A stretch of DNA of 64,000 nt from contig NC_134032.1 of the NCBI RefSeq assembly GCF_964204645.1, forward strand, positions 13,504,275 through 13,568,274, given 5' to 3'. The position numbers were made by a program, and so were the translations under genes. This document shows, piece by piece, positions 48,601 through 60,166 of this stretch. The notes below the pieces were generated by a model, which was given only the letters and a program-made list of their open reading frames with translations, had not been told where the DNA came from and did not search any database. Source of the DNA: Tubulanus polymorphus (taxonomy: Eukaryota; Animalia; Nemertea). Position 1 is the first letter of the stretch, and every line of letters starts with the position of its first letter.

Positions 48601-51600
48601 TATTTTTTAATGCTTGTCTTATTTTGTCCTATTTTTATATGAAAAAGTCTTATTTGTCCTATTTTCTCTCATTTTCCAGCTCGTTGACCACTTTTTATTG
48701 ACAAAAATGTTCTTTTTATCTTTTCATATATTTAAGTCCTATTTTCTGATGGATATCCTATATACTCTATGAAATTTTCCTATTTCTGGACACTCTTCCT
48801 ATTTTTTTTATGGACCAGATCACTGGAAACCCTGTAACGCTAGCATGCAGGCATCCGGAATCCACTGATCACGTACAGACTGGAACCAGTCCCTTCATGA
48901 ATTCACCGATTGTAGTATGAAGTGTGGACGATCAATTTTTGAAAGTGTCCTGATAGAATGTTCAATGTCTGGAACCAGTTGCTCGAAAGTTGGTTAGAGT
49001 TAACCAGTGGATAGTTGACAGTGACGATTAAAAGTTCATTGTTACTATGGTATTTATCCACTGGTTATCTTAACCAACCTTTGAGCGACTGCAGACCATG
49101 GCTGGGTTTCATAGATGTGGAAGAAAAAAAGTCCAGGGGAACATTTTGAAATTTGTCAGTTATAACCACGGTTTCTCATTGTTACTCTGGTGGTTGTCAC
49201 CCAGATTGAGGATTTACCCCTAGGGATAATTTTGATACTCAGTCTATGAAACCCGGCCCAGGTGTTTGTATTTCATTTTCAATGAGATAATATCTCGAAT
49301 GAAATCCTGAACATTTTCCAGGGGTTCAGGCTGTATTACGAATGATACCTGCATTGATCCTGCTTTAGAATAATTTAGGGAACATTTCGGAGATGTTTTG
49401 ATTTCAGTATAGAATTCGCGTTGAGTCTTAACCCTTTCAGTGCGTCTACACCGCAGTGCGGTGTATAAATTGGTGAGGGATTTTGCTAGTACACCACACT
49501 GGGGTGTATTGATGTAATTAGTAATTAGTTTTTATCTCTATTGAGAGATGGCTGCACCTGTCAAATATAGTGAAATATTAGTAACTAACGATACGCCGCA
49601 CCGCGGTGTAGACGCACTATAGTGGTATTCCCGTTATTCAACACACTAGAGCGGAATTTTTCAAAATTTTCAAATTATCTTCAGCACTATAGGGTATTAA
49701 TAAGCCAGCACTGAAAGGGTTAATAAGATAATTTAGGAAACGTTTCGGAGATGTCTTGATTTCGGTGTAGAATTTGTGTTGAGAAATCCGTGAAGTCTTG
49801 ATAAAATAATTTGTTGTCTGATTCTGTAGATAACGTAGAAGACGGGATGTACGTTTTGAAACGTAAAAACGCCGACGCCGATGAAGACGTTCCGCTGTAC
49901 GGCGCCAACATCGTACGTCGCACGTCCAGTAAGAAAAACCGCAAAGAACGACGTCGAACGATTCCGGTAAGATTCAATAAAGAAGAAGAAAATATATTGA
50001 TTCGGCCTTATTACAATACACTACCAGTACGTACCTGGATCACCTGGATAGCTCAGAAAACTTAGAGAATTTATCGAATTCTACCAAAAACCTGGAAAAC
50101 TCAGGGGATTCGGAAAATGCTGATGAATACATGATTCTCTCAGTAAATGATTCAATGAAGATTGAATGAATTGTAACGTTTTAAACCTAGAAATTTCTCC
50201 AATTCACTGTAGGGAATTTTGTGTTATAACAGAAAAATCAGGGGAGAACTCAAGGGTTTCGTAAATGGGTGGAATGTGGCCGCCTGACACGAGTTCTTAC
50301 TGATCAGGGAAATCAGGGAATTACGGAATTATTTTCCCTTCAGGGAATTCTGACTCTTTTTCTTGAAAAATCAGGGATTTGAGTTTTTGGTGTCTAGTTG
50401 TTCTTGCTGGTAATAAGTGACGTAAAGAACCTGCTCCTACTATCCTAAATGATTTAACCAGGCAATTTTTGGTCAGGCATATTTCCGCAGATAACTACTG
50501 AAGCCAATCGCTACTATTAACAATGGCTCTTTCGGTTTACCGTAAATTTTTAAGATTTTCTTATTCACTTCTTTTGATTTTTTAAAACTTTTTATAGAAA
50601 ATCATAACACACACGCCTGAAACACTTGCTCAATTCGCCGCGTTGAATTTGACGGCTCCGTCGTGTCCAGCTGAAGTCAACGTCTCCATCGAACAACTCA
50701 ACGCTCGCAAGGTATTGAAAAATACATTACGTATTTCGCCGGTTTCGAAATACATATTGTATTACCCCAGAATTACCTAGAAATAGTACAAATCTACACT
50801 CAAACGTGGTGAACGGATAATAAGATAAAAACCCACTATCAACAGATTAAAAGAATCTAAAATCAAGAATTTATTTATTCGAACAATTATTTAACACCAT
50901 TTTATTCTAAAATATGTAATAAACACGAATTTTCGATCTCACCCTAGAGATCATCGTCAGGTGAGAAATGTTTCCCCAGATACAAGAATAAAAAGTATAG
51001 TTTATTATACATAGTTTATCAGGGCTGGATCAAGATGTAAGCACAAGTAGCATGTGTGCGCCTGTTACAATTTTACTGTGCCCTTTTGTTACTGTGCCCT
51101 TTTGAAAATACAAAGCAATATTTTTCTAGCTGTAATTGATAAGAGAGCAGTCCGCAGTGCTTGATAAGAGAGCAGTCCGCAGTGCTACATTTAGCTTACA
51201 TTAAATGTCACTCAAGTTAGAATCTTTCCGCAGTTAGGAGTTTATAAAAACGATGTTTATTTCATGTATTTCAGCGATATTACGTTCAACAAGCTCAAGA
51301 AATCCTGCAACAAAACACGAACGCCAATGTCAATGTTCAAGGTCACGCGCCTCCGTCCGAGAGCAGCGGAGTGTCGATGGACGACATGTACGACTTCGAC
51401 ATGGACGACTATGACACCGAGTCGACGCCGTCGCTAGGACGCAGCCTCGATCCGGCCGACGCCAAAATCAGCATGCATTTCCGTTCGTCGCTGGTGAGCA
51501 GTTCGACCGACTCGGAGCAGACAGGCGTCAGCTCCGACGACACGCCGACAGACGACCGCTCGGTTACCGGCGAAGTAGCGACGGTGCCACCTAGGGACGA

Positions 51601-52117
51601 AAACTGCAATGAAGGTATCGACGACGGCGAACTTAACATCAAAGTCTCTGCGTTAAATATCGAGGCGCCATCTGTTGACAATTCCTCGCGCCGGGACCAA
51701 GCCGATCAGAGTCATAATAATATCGCAATCGACGGCAGACAATCATTCCAGGATCGTTGCCAATGCGAGCGCGATTCGTTCGAAACGTGTACGTATTGCG
51801 TAACACGCGACGCGCCCCCTGGTGGCGAATCCGATAACGCCGTCGTCGATCTCGGCCAAAACGAAGATGACGACGACGATGACGGCGAGGAGAAAGATTT
51901 GGACGATAGCGCCGTGGATTATATCGATATCGACGGTGGTAACACGAGCAGTAATCCGGAGAGTCCGTTGGTTATGAGTAATACGCCACCGAGGTTTATG
52001 ACCGCTGCTGTATCGCAACATTGCGCCGTTGTCAATCAAGAGAAGACGACGCCCACTGCTGATACGATGTCACCACTGACGGCGCCATCTATAGTTCTCG
52101 ATCCAGACATTTCTTGA
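33618..52117 (+). CDS. Coiled-coil protein resembling fungal Bfr1 / plant proton-pump interactor family, with acidic low-complexity tail
   Basis: Phase-consistent exons: 33618-33702 (or alternative 36335-36365), 41719-41987, 45134-45306, 45392-45464, 46973-47069, 47642-47798, 48320-48543, 49830-49966, 50598-50711, 51275-52117. Motifs LPYRSEARIEETIRRLE, FKLSEEKKIVAEIDGLKRSKK, EPYEEERHLCATLVTYL, KKNRKERRR, ITHTPETLAQFAALNLTAP...IEQL. The gene structure is well supported; the family call is from recalled similarity. Confidence 0.8.
35060..35870. repeat. 39-bp purine-rich minisatellite, about 20 copies
   Basis: Unit ggagaggggagaggtgaataaagagggggaggggaggtt; source of the spurious extensin-like ORFs. 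Confidence 0.97.
36680..37245. repeat. Tandem array of about 44-bp units matching the terminus of the palindromic MITE family
   Basis: Unit ggatcctgagttcagagttaactc(n)cacaactgtggaact resembles the MITE end agagttaactctaactcacaactgtggaaccgggtccag at 43858-43895. Confidence 0.85.
40602..40877. mobile_element. piggyBac-like MITE copy
   Basis: CCCTTTCAGTGC...GCACTGAAAGGG|TTAA. Confidence 0.85.
42033..42585. repeat. 44-bp minisatellite, about 12 copies
   Basis: Unit actcagggcattgttagcaggttcccttcagcccactgcgggcc. Confidence 0.95.
44570..45040. repeat. 91-bp tandem repeat, about 5 copies
   Basis: Unit cccgatataccaccctcccatataccgccacccctgcctaccgccaggttttctcaatgtacatttcaatacaaatacataataaaacatc. Confidence 0.95.
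45473..46710. repeat. 31-33-bp minisatellite, about 38 copies, starting about 10 nt after a splice donor
   Basis: Unit ctcagacaatctgctgtctgtaccctgcacccc; source of many spurious ORFs. Confidence 0.97.
48573..48834. mobile_element. Non-autonomous TIR element with 6-bp TSD (TAACGC) and internal TCCTATTT repeats
   Basis: TAACGC|CAGGGCTTCC...GGAAACCCTG|TAACGC. Confidence 0.75.
49432..49719. mobile_element. piggyBac-like MITE copy
   Basis: TTAA|CCCTTTCAGTGC...GCACTGAAAGGG|TTAA. Confidence 0.88.
50924..50963 (-). ncRNA. Minimal type-I hammerhead ribozyme in a non-palindromic copy of the same element class (element about 50785-50965)
   Basis: Minus strand reads CAC-CTGACGA-T-GATCTC[TAGGGT]GAGATC-GAA-AATT-C-GTG: stem I CAC/GTG, 6-bp stem II, palindromic AATT, triplet UUC. 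It is followed by an AT-rich spacer, GTGGGTTTTATCTTATTATC and a ...CACG...GTGT tail like the other two elements. Confidence 0.7.
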
Positions 52118-52158
52118 TGACAGTTTATGATGAAATCGTTGGCAGATTTTTATTTGAT

Positions 52159-52396
52159 CCCTTTCAGTGCTGACTAACTGAAAAATTCCCACACTAGTGT
52201 GATGAATAACGGGCATACCGCTATAGTGTGTCTACACCGTGGTGCGATGTATTGTAAGTTACTAATATTTCTCCATGGGTGCTGCCATCTGCACTAGTGA
52301 TAAAAACTAATTACATCGATACTTCGCGATGCAGTGTACTAGTAAAATTCGTCACCAATTTGTACACCGCAGAGCGGTGTAGATGCACTGAAAGGG
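52159..52396. mobile_element. piggyBac-like MITE copy (older), in the 3' UTR of the Bfr1-like gene
   Basis: CCCTTTCAGTGC...GCACTGAAAGGG with degenerate target site. Confidence 0.75.
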
Positions 52397-52981
52397 TTGA
52401 AATTAAGTTGTTATTTGCACGGGTCAGATTGATGTGAAAAATTGTGGATGATAGAATTGTGAAAAATTAAGGAAATCTGGAAAATTCAAGAAAATCTCGG
52501 TATTATGACAGACTTTTTATGCCATATGCCGTGCAGCTCAGGATTTATGCACAGGCTGTTAAAAAATATCGAGAAATTTGAGTTCACTCGGTGCCGGTCG
52601 GTAATCGCTTATGATATTATTGTGCTTCGACGTGAAAAAATGTGAAAAATCGTGTGAAAAAATGTGTAAAATCCTGGTATTTCGCTGTCAAAATAATTAC
52701 GTGTAAATTCTGACCCTTGTATTTTTGAACTCCAGTGCTCTCTACTGTTAGCCAAGCCACACAGTTGCCTTCACCCGAAAAATGATCAAATCATGTACTG
52801 GCGTTATATGAATTTTACTTTCAGTCAAACTCATCGGACAACTGCGTAGTAATGAGGGCCTGTAAATTTGTATTTAAAAAAAAAAAGCGGAATCGCTCCC
52901 CTCATTTATTAAAATTCTCGTGTTTTTGTGTCTGAATTTTGTTCGAATCTATTCTATTTTGTGACTGTATCTCATATACAC

Positions 52982-52983
<2 letters not shown>

Positions 52984-53075
<92 letters not shown>

Positions 53076-53083
53076 ATATATAT
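52984..53083. repeat. (TA)n microsatellite
   Basis: About 100 bp of nearly pure TA. Confidence 0.98.
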
Positions 53084-56000
53084 TTTATGTCTGATTTTAT
53101 TACGTCGATGCCTGCGATTATTGTTGATTTTGCCAATTTTGCCAAATTTTGCCAAAAAATGACTGAAATCTTGTGTTGTGTATCGATTCATGTTCGTATA
53201 CAAAAGACTGCCCTTGCTTTGGATCTCACCGGACCAATATTTCTTGGTAAATGCCGAGGCAGTTGAAGTGATGATTGGTCTTCTTGATCAGTGTGAAAAC
53301 ATTTCAAATCTTTCAATGCTGACTAATTGATACCGGAGAGTGCTGGAGATAATCTAGCCATCTAAGTCTATCAGCGATTTATACGCATTGAGAGGGTTAA
53401 AATGCAGGCACGTGATAATCCAGGTCAATCAGCTCATTGACAAGCAGAGTCCAGTGCATGAGAATCGTGGGCAATTGCCAGGGGGGGGGCAGGTGATAAT
53501 CCCAGGCAATCGGCTATGTATATATTCAGTGCAAAAGTTACAGAGGAATCCCATTCTTAGTAACTCGTTAATTGATCAGGTGCCTTTTTAATTAGGCATT
53601 AATTAATTAGTAGATTGATTAAACAGGCATGTGTGATCGTTTTACTGTAGATAATTTACATACCAATCATGATTCAATATCAATGCTCATCGATCAGGTT
53701 TGTTTATATTTCTGCCACTAGGGGGACGAATCGTGATAAATTTGTCCATTTCAGTGGTTTATGCAGAAAATGTACGTCTTGTTGAGGGCTGTTCGTCGGA
53801 AAGTTAGTACCTTGCTGACTGTTAGCACCCTCCCCCCTCGGGTAGCATTCATAATTTTAAGCATTAAAGCTACCTATTCATTGAAAAGCCCGTGGTATGT
53901 TGAATCGACGTATTTTAATGATGAAACTTGCTAGTTTCAGGTTCAATAAGGTGTAAATTTCAAATGTTATGTTTGTCAGTTTTATTCAGGGATTTAACAC
54001 GAAAATGTTTTTCTGAAAATCATTCGACTTGTTAAATTTTGCTTATGCACAAAGCACTAGAAATATTAGGACACGTTTTGACATGTTAACACTACTTCAT
54101 TTTTCCAGTGAATGGACATGTTAGGAAGTTTTTACTATGAGCAGTGAGTGACTACGTGTGAATTTGTATGAGTTTGTGTTACTGATACTGATACTGATTA
54201 TAACAAAGTCCACTTGAAAATGACATGTCAAAACGTTGTGCCTTCATATTTCTATTAAAAAAAACATTCGATGAATTGTGTGTAAACTTGTAGCTGAAAA
54301 GTTGCGACTTTCTTATTTTCACGTTTACGGTTAAACTGTGTGAAAGTTTGAGTGCGTTGTTGTTCATTAAAAAAAGAAGATATATTTTATGTCATAATAT
54401 TGTTTTTGAGATGTAGAACTCATTGTTTATTTAAAGGATTCGTGTGTCCTGTTATTTGTTGATCATTGAGCTGAGGGGAATATCTAAAAATCAGTGAAGA
54501 AAGATTGCTTAATGGACGCTCCATAGAATATTGTAAATCATTAATTTTCTAATGATGATTGATTATACTGTTCTGATACTCCTTAATTTGCAGTCTTAAA
54601 ATAACAGGGTTTTTTTCGCGTTGAGTATTAATTTACATTAGTACCAACTAACTGGCAGTAAGACACTGATGGAACCTTGTTATTACGAACTCAGATACAA
54701 TAATTCATCGGATATAACAAATATGGAATTTCATACCAAATAGGACAATTTAGATAATTTCACACTGGATATAGCGAAGTTCCTTGTAATGAGGTTCCAC
54801 TGACTGTATTGCTCTTTGTATTTGAGCCCAACTCAGGGTAGAATTTAACCAGTTTCATCTTTACCGCAGTAAGAAATAGAGTCTACTGTATTTCACAAAC
54901 TCTTACTCGGTATGATTTGATTCAAACTGAGGCTAGAATTTTATACCATTCCTGACTAAACACCTGAGTAAGAGAGACTCAGTCTACTCAGTCTAACCCT
55001 ATGAATATTGTACCGTTATGATCTTAATCCGGGTCAGTTTTAAGTTTAAAGTTTTAATTGTGCATATTTGATTTATTAGTAGCGGTCAGTAGTTCAGATA
55101 AGATTTTAAGTTAAGATAAGGTTTAGTTAAGATTTTAAAACTCCTAATTGAAAATGAATCAAATGTTACTTGAAGTGTCAAACTTTTACCGATAACTCTG
55201 TAACTGGCACCAAACATGTAGTAATAACAAAGCATTGTATAGTTTTAATCTTTTGAGATCGGAACAAAATCACACACCAAATCTCTCTTTATTCATGCGT
55301 GGCATTTTGAATAGTTGATCTCGTGGACCATTTTTATATGAATTCTGTATTTTTGAATGATGAAACATGATTATTATGTTGATGATGAGTGCAAAACATT
55401 GAAATATGTTACATAATACAAACTATTTGATTAATATTAAATTCAGAGTTTATCTTTGTCTCTGTTGGGAAGTTTATGTCTTAATATTTCAACAGCCGAG
55501 GTTCTACATTTGACGGGCTGGTGGACTAACCCTCTTGATCTTTTTCTCACAAGCTGGACCCTATTCTCACTCTAACCCTAATTATTAATCGGACTGAATA
55601 TCTCAATTGAAATAAAGCTGGATCACTTCTTAACCTCGGGTAAGTTAAAAAGGCTTTTAGCAAAATGTATTGGTATGGGACTCGAACCCACTGGTCAGTA
55701 AATTCCTGCACTGGTAATCGAGTCATATGCAGGTGGTTCAAGGTCGTCGCGCCGTGTTTAGAAATCAGAAATCAGCTGACAAGGTCTTAATATTTTTACT
55801 TTCTATGGCATTGGAATCAAGCATAGAATACTAAATACTCGCTGACTGACAGGCATTATTTTGTGTACTACGAGACTCTTTAATGATCTAAGAGAAAAAT
55901 ATATTTAGATTGAAAACAAGATTGTAGTGAAGGAGGTAAAAAGGTCTAACTTATCACTAAAAGCTTATCAGCAACGATTTAGGTTACTGAACTGAACTAA

Positions 56001-56092
56001 TATTCTGATTTTTGTGTCTTTTTCAGCCTCTGCTTGTGTCGATGTCCGACTGAAAGTGACTCGTGTCAAATACAGAAACAACCTCAGAAAAA

Positions 56093-57358
56093 ATGTTACA
56101 ACGCGCAAACATTTTCTGTTTAATATTCGTGATGTCATTGTTGCCGATGCTGATCGGTTCTATAGCGACGCGTGTAATCACGACCCAGTTAAACCCGGGT
56201 TGCGACATCCCCGAGTGTAAACAAGGTTACAACGGAACGTTCCCGAATTTACTTCACGTCGTCGCGACGGGACCGCGCGATACGCTACAATACGTCGTCA
56301 GCTCGATCGGCGCGGTAACCGCGGTGGTCGCCCGATTCGACCGCCGAGCGCGACTCACCGTCGACTGGCGTCGTCTGCTGTCGACGAACGCGACCGAGTT
56401 CTCGACGAGCGTTCGTTTCGATCGCAAGCCGCTCGAAACGTTCGCGGTCGTTTTTACGAAATTGATCGAATATCGCGACCAGGACGATACGGCCGATATG
56501 ACGTCACTTCCCGTCAACTACACCGACATCAAGGCACTTAATTTCGAAAATCTAAATTGGCGGGACAGCCGGGATTTCGCGGAAACGACGGCGAATTCAG
56601 TCGTTTTCGAAACTGCCGTCGATGACGACTTGTTCTTCGAAAATGGATCGATTTCGTTGAAGTTCGTTTTCCCGCCGACGGAAGCTCGGATGACTGAGTT
56701 ACCGCACCTGCTGTTTAACGGTAACGGATCGACGATCGATTTCGTTGTCGATCGTTATCGAAGTTCGTTCAAAAACGCACGAATCGCCGTCGAGTTCGCG
56801 CACGTTACCGCGGAAACGTCGGAACCGTTATCTTATGAAATCGACCAATCGATTGACGACGAATTTACGCCGGGTATTTTCAAAACGGTCGCGATGACGA
56901 CGGCCGGCGACCGTCGCGCGAACGGTTCGTACTTACAGTGGAAACCCGTCTGCTATTTGAAACCGGGTCGAGCGATGAAGGTCGCGACCTCCGTACGCGA
57001 ATACGACCTTCGCAACGTAACGTCGCGCGACGACGCGTTTTTAGATCGTAGCATCGCTAGCGCCATCTACGGAGCAAAGATGGCCGACTACGCGATCCGC
57101 GCGACGAATGTCTCGTTTGGATTGTCGGAGGATGGGTATTACACGGGTACTAACTACACGGCGTGGACTCTGACGACCGGGTACGGTACGCGACCGACGG
57201 AGGCGTTGTCCGTGTTGGTAATATCCGTAATTTCGGTCGGACTCGGAATTCCGGTGGCGTTGATCGTTTTCGGCGGTATCGGCGTCTGCGTGAAAAAAAG
57301 GCGAGCGAAATTATCGTCGAGTTATCGCGAGATCGGTTCCAATTCGGTTTCTACTTGA
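56093..57358 (+). CDS. GLMP: Glycosylated lysosomal membrane protein (GLMP/NCU-G1), single coding exon
   Basis: First in-frame ATG at 56093; signal peptide; many NxS/T sequons; SIDDEFTPGIF and YLQWKPVCY motifs; C-terminal TM followed by a YREI (YxxPhi) sorting motif. Confidence 0.9.
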   Translation: MLQRANIFCLIFVMSLLPMLIGSIATRVITTQLNPGCDIPECKQGYNGTFPNLLHVVATGPRDTLQYVVSSIGAVTAVVARFDRRARLTVDWRRLLSTNATEFSTSVRFDRKPLETFAVVFTKLIEYRDQDDTADMTSLPVNYTDIKALNFENLNWRDSRDFAETTANSVVFETAVDDDLFFENGSISLKFVFPPTEARMTELPHLLFNGNGSTIDFVVDRYRSSFKNARIAVEFAHVTAETSEPLSYEIDQSIDDEFTPGIFKTVAMTTAGDRRANGSYLQWKPVCYLKPGRAMKVATSVREYDLRNVTSRDDAFLDRSIASAIYGAKMADYAIRATNVSFGLSEDGYYTGTNYTAWTLTTGYGTRPTEALSVLVISVISVGLGIPVALIVFGGIGVCVKKRRAKLSSSYREIGSNSVST

Positions 57359-58414
57359 AATCAGACCCGGGATAAACCCAGCTCTGAATATGATTAACTA
57401 AAGTACCATAAACGCTTCTTTCTTTTTTATTGAGGAAAATTATTTTTAATATATTGAAAACATGCGTAAAAATTAAATTAGCTTATATTGTATAATTTTA
57501 AGAAAATAAAATTTAGATTCCTAATGATATTTGAGTTTGTAAGATTTTCTCTTTTATTCCGTTGGGACCGCATTTAATAATTCCTTCTGTATCATGATGA
57601 ACAAAATGGAAACTATGGAGGGTTATGCGCGTTACATCTTATGATCTACATCAAGAGTGACCAATTCCTTAAAATATCGATATATATTCAATTTCTGCGA
57701 AGATAACTGTCCGTCTTAGCCTGTATTCATCAAACGACTAATCTAAATTGAAAGAAAATGTAATAAGTTCACTTTTCTATTTGGAAGAAAGATAGTTAAA
57801 TAATCTATGGCAGTTTTTTTTGTAATTTTAGTCTTGTGACAATTTTTTAAGTGAGTCCGGCCCGCCGCTCGAATGTCAGATCTTGACCGTTCAGTGCTGC
57901 CGCTATACATTCCGTCAGCGGCAAACGCGCGAACTAACTTGATTGGGAATTATCCCTACTGCGGCGCGTGAGTAATAAGTTAGTTCGCATATTCGCCGTC
58001 AACGATATCCCTAGGGGCAGCACCTGACGGTGAATTTCTGAAAAATTGCGGCTACCGGTTTGTAAATCTCAAACTCAGATTCAATAATTTACCGGTATTT
58101 GGTACTGATGAGGGGATGGTGAAAGCATTCCTGCCTGCAGCAGCGTGAGGAGAGGAAAAAGGTTGACTGATATAATATATAACCCCAGCTGCTTGGAGCC
58201 TGACATCGCTTATCAACCAAACAACTAGGCCTACTTAATTAATATCATCAGCACTGTAGCAGTACAGCAGAACCACAGACTTTTTAGGTTGATAGGCAAG
58301 GGGTAAGTCAAGTTCGAATTCTTAAGGTTGCTAACTTTTTCATTACATGCTTCACGAAAATTAAAACAAAGATCACTATTCTTCTAGAGCCGAACGAAGG
58401 TACAGACAACAGAC

Positions 58415-58720
58415 ATGAGCGAGAACGGAGCGGATACATCCATTACGGAGAGCGCCGAAAGCAAGATCGAAAAAATCATCAAGTTACCGATGACGAGAAT
58501 CAAAGCTTTGATGAAAATCGACCCGGACGTGACGCTCGCGGCACAGGACGCCGTTACGATGATCGCCAAGGCGACGGAAATGTTCGTCAGCGAATTGTCG
58601 CGGGAATCGTACACGTTTACCTCGCTGGCGAAACGTAAAACGGTGCAGAAAAAAGACGTCGATAACGCGATCGAAAATATCGACGCATTGGCTTTCCTAG
58701 AGGGCGCTATAGACGCTTAG
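58415..58720 (+). CDS. POLE4: DNA polymerase epsilon subunit 4 (histone-fold), single coding exon
   Basis: KLPMTRIKALMKIDPDVTLAAQDAV...AKATEMFV...KRKTVQKKDVDNAI...AFLEGAID. Confidence 0.93.
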   Translation: MSENGADTSITESAESKIEKIIKLPMTRIKALMKIDPDVTLAAQDAVTMIAKATEMFVSELSRESYTFTSLAKRKTVQKKDVDNAIENIDALAFLEGAIDA

Positions 58721-60166
58721 GATCATGATAACTCGTTTACCCGAGTTGGGGTCTAATGGATCCGAGTTTGTGAAAATCTCTTGTTTCTTAGACGGACACC
58801 GGCTAAAGTTAACACTGATAAACCTCAAGTTGGTGTCATAACCAATTAAATTTTTGTGAAATAAGGTAAGCCTCTGTCTCTTACTCAGGGTTGAACTGAG
58901 ACTGATGAAATTCTACCCCGAGTTGGTGTTAAATAGGCCACTTAGTAAGAGTTTGTTTCAATACAATGGACTCTGTCTTTTAATCAGTTGAGGCTGATAA
59001 AATTCCACCCCTGAGTATGCCTCAAATAAGCTACATTTGAAATTTTATCCTTCTCACCTTTAGTCTGAGTAAGATGCAGAGCCTGCTGTATTTCCCAAAC
59101 TCAGTATTTGACACAACAGAATGTCGGGCGTGGATCCAGAGGGGGTTTCAGGGGTCGTGACCCCCCCTGCTCAGCTACCAAATCGTTTTTATCGTTTTCT
59201 TGTAAAAATGTACTCAAGACAAAGCGGGCAGACAGTACCACATAATTGGTATCATATCATCTTATGTTTGGTCAAACAATATCCCGTACAGGCCCCCTAT
59301 CATTAGAGATTTTAGTCGGCGGTTTAACATTAACATTCTTTATGAACCCCCTCCTGGATAAATCTTGGATCCGCACCTGAATGTGCATTGTATTCAGTGA
59401 TGAATTGAGAATTTTCTCAAGTATTGGGGATTTTGTTTTTCAAATGAAAATCCCAATAAGCTAATCGGATAAACATTTGTTATCTGTGACGTTTCAAAGC
59501 AACGATTGCAATAAGCTAAAGTACTTGTATACATATTTCAAGAAAGAAGATCTAATGCAGGTTGTTTGAAACGACTGATATTTTTTGTATCAATATTCAA
59601 CTGTATTCTATGATCGTAAAAATGTAACGTTTGAATAAAACATAAAATATAATTGACAAGTGAATTTTTTAGTTTTGTATTTTGATGGAAGAATTTCTAA
59701 CGTCTTAGTTCACTTTTGTCGTATCGCTTGACTTCTGCATGAATTTGCCTGACTTCTTTTTTGTTGATGGTCATCTGCTTTATACGCATTGATACTCGGC
59801 GCAGGAGTGTTGGCGTTATCCCAAGAAAGGAATCGGTGGCAAGTGAGGATCCAACAGGTGTGCCAGTGTGCAGTAGGACATCAATTACTGTGGTAATAGA
59901 GGATTTTACTTGTGGCAAGTGAGGATTCACCAGGTGTGCTAGTGTGCAGTAACACCTAGCTGCAGCTAAGGGGATTAGCTCCTTTAACTAGGTTCATTGA
60001 AATACGTAGGTTTTGATGTAAACAGATCCCCAATTAGTAGGGACCTATATTTCTGTTTGTTACGAGTTTTAAAGATTCTTTTTATTTTCTGTTGAATAAT
60101 TGTGAACACTCCCTTTTCCTCCATGACCATAGAAATGAATATATTCTATTCTATCCTATTTCGAAG

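Noticed and set aside
52928-53266. IYIYIY ORFs
   Set aside because: Translation of a (TA)n microsatellite.
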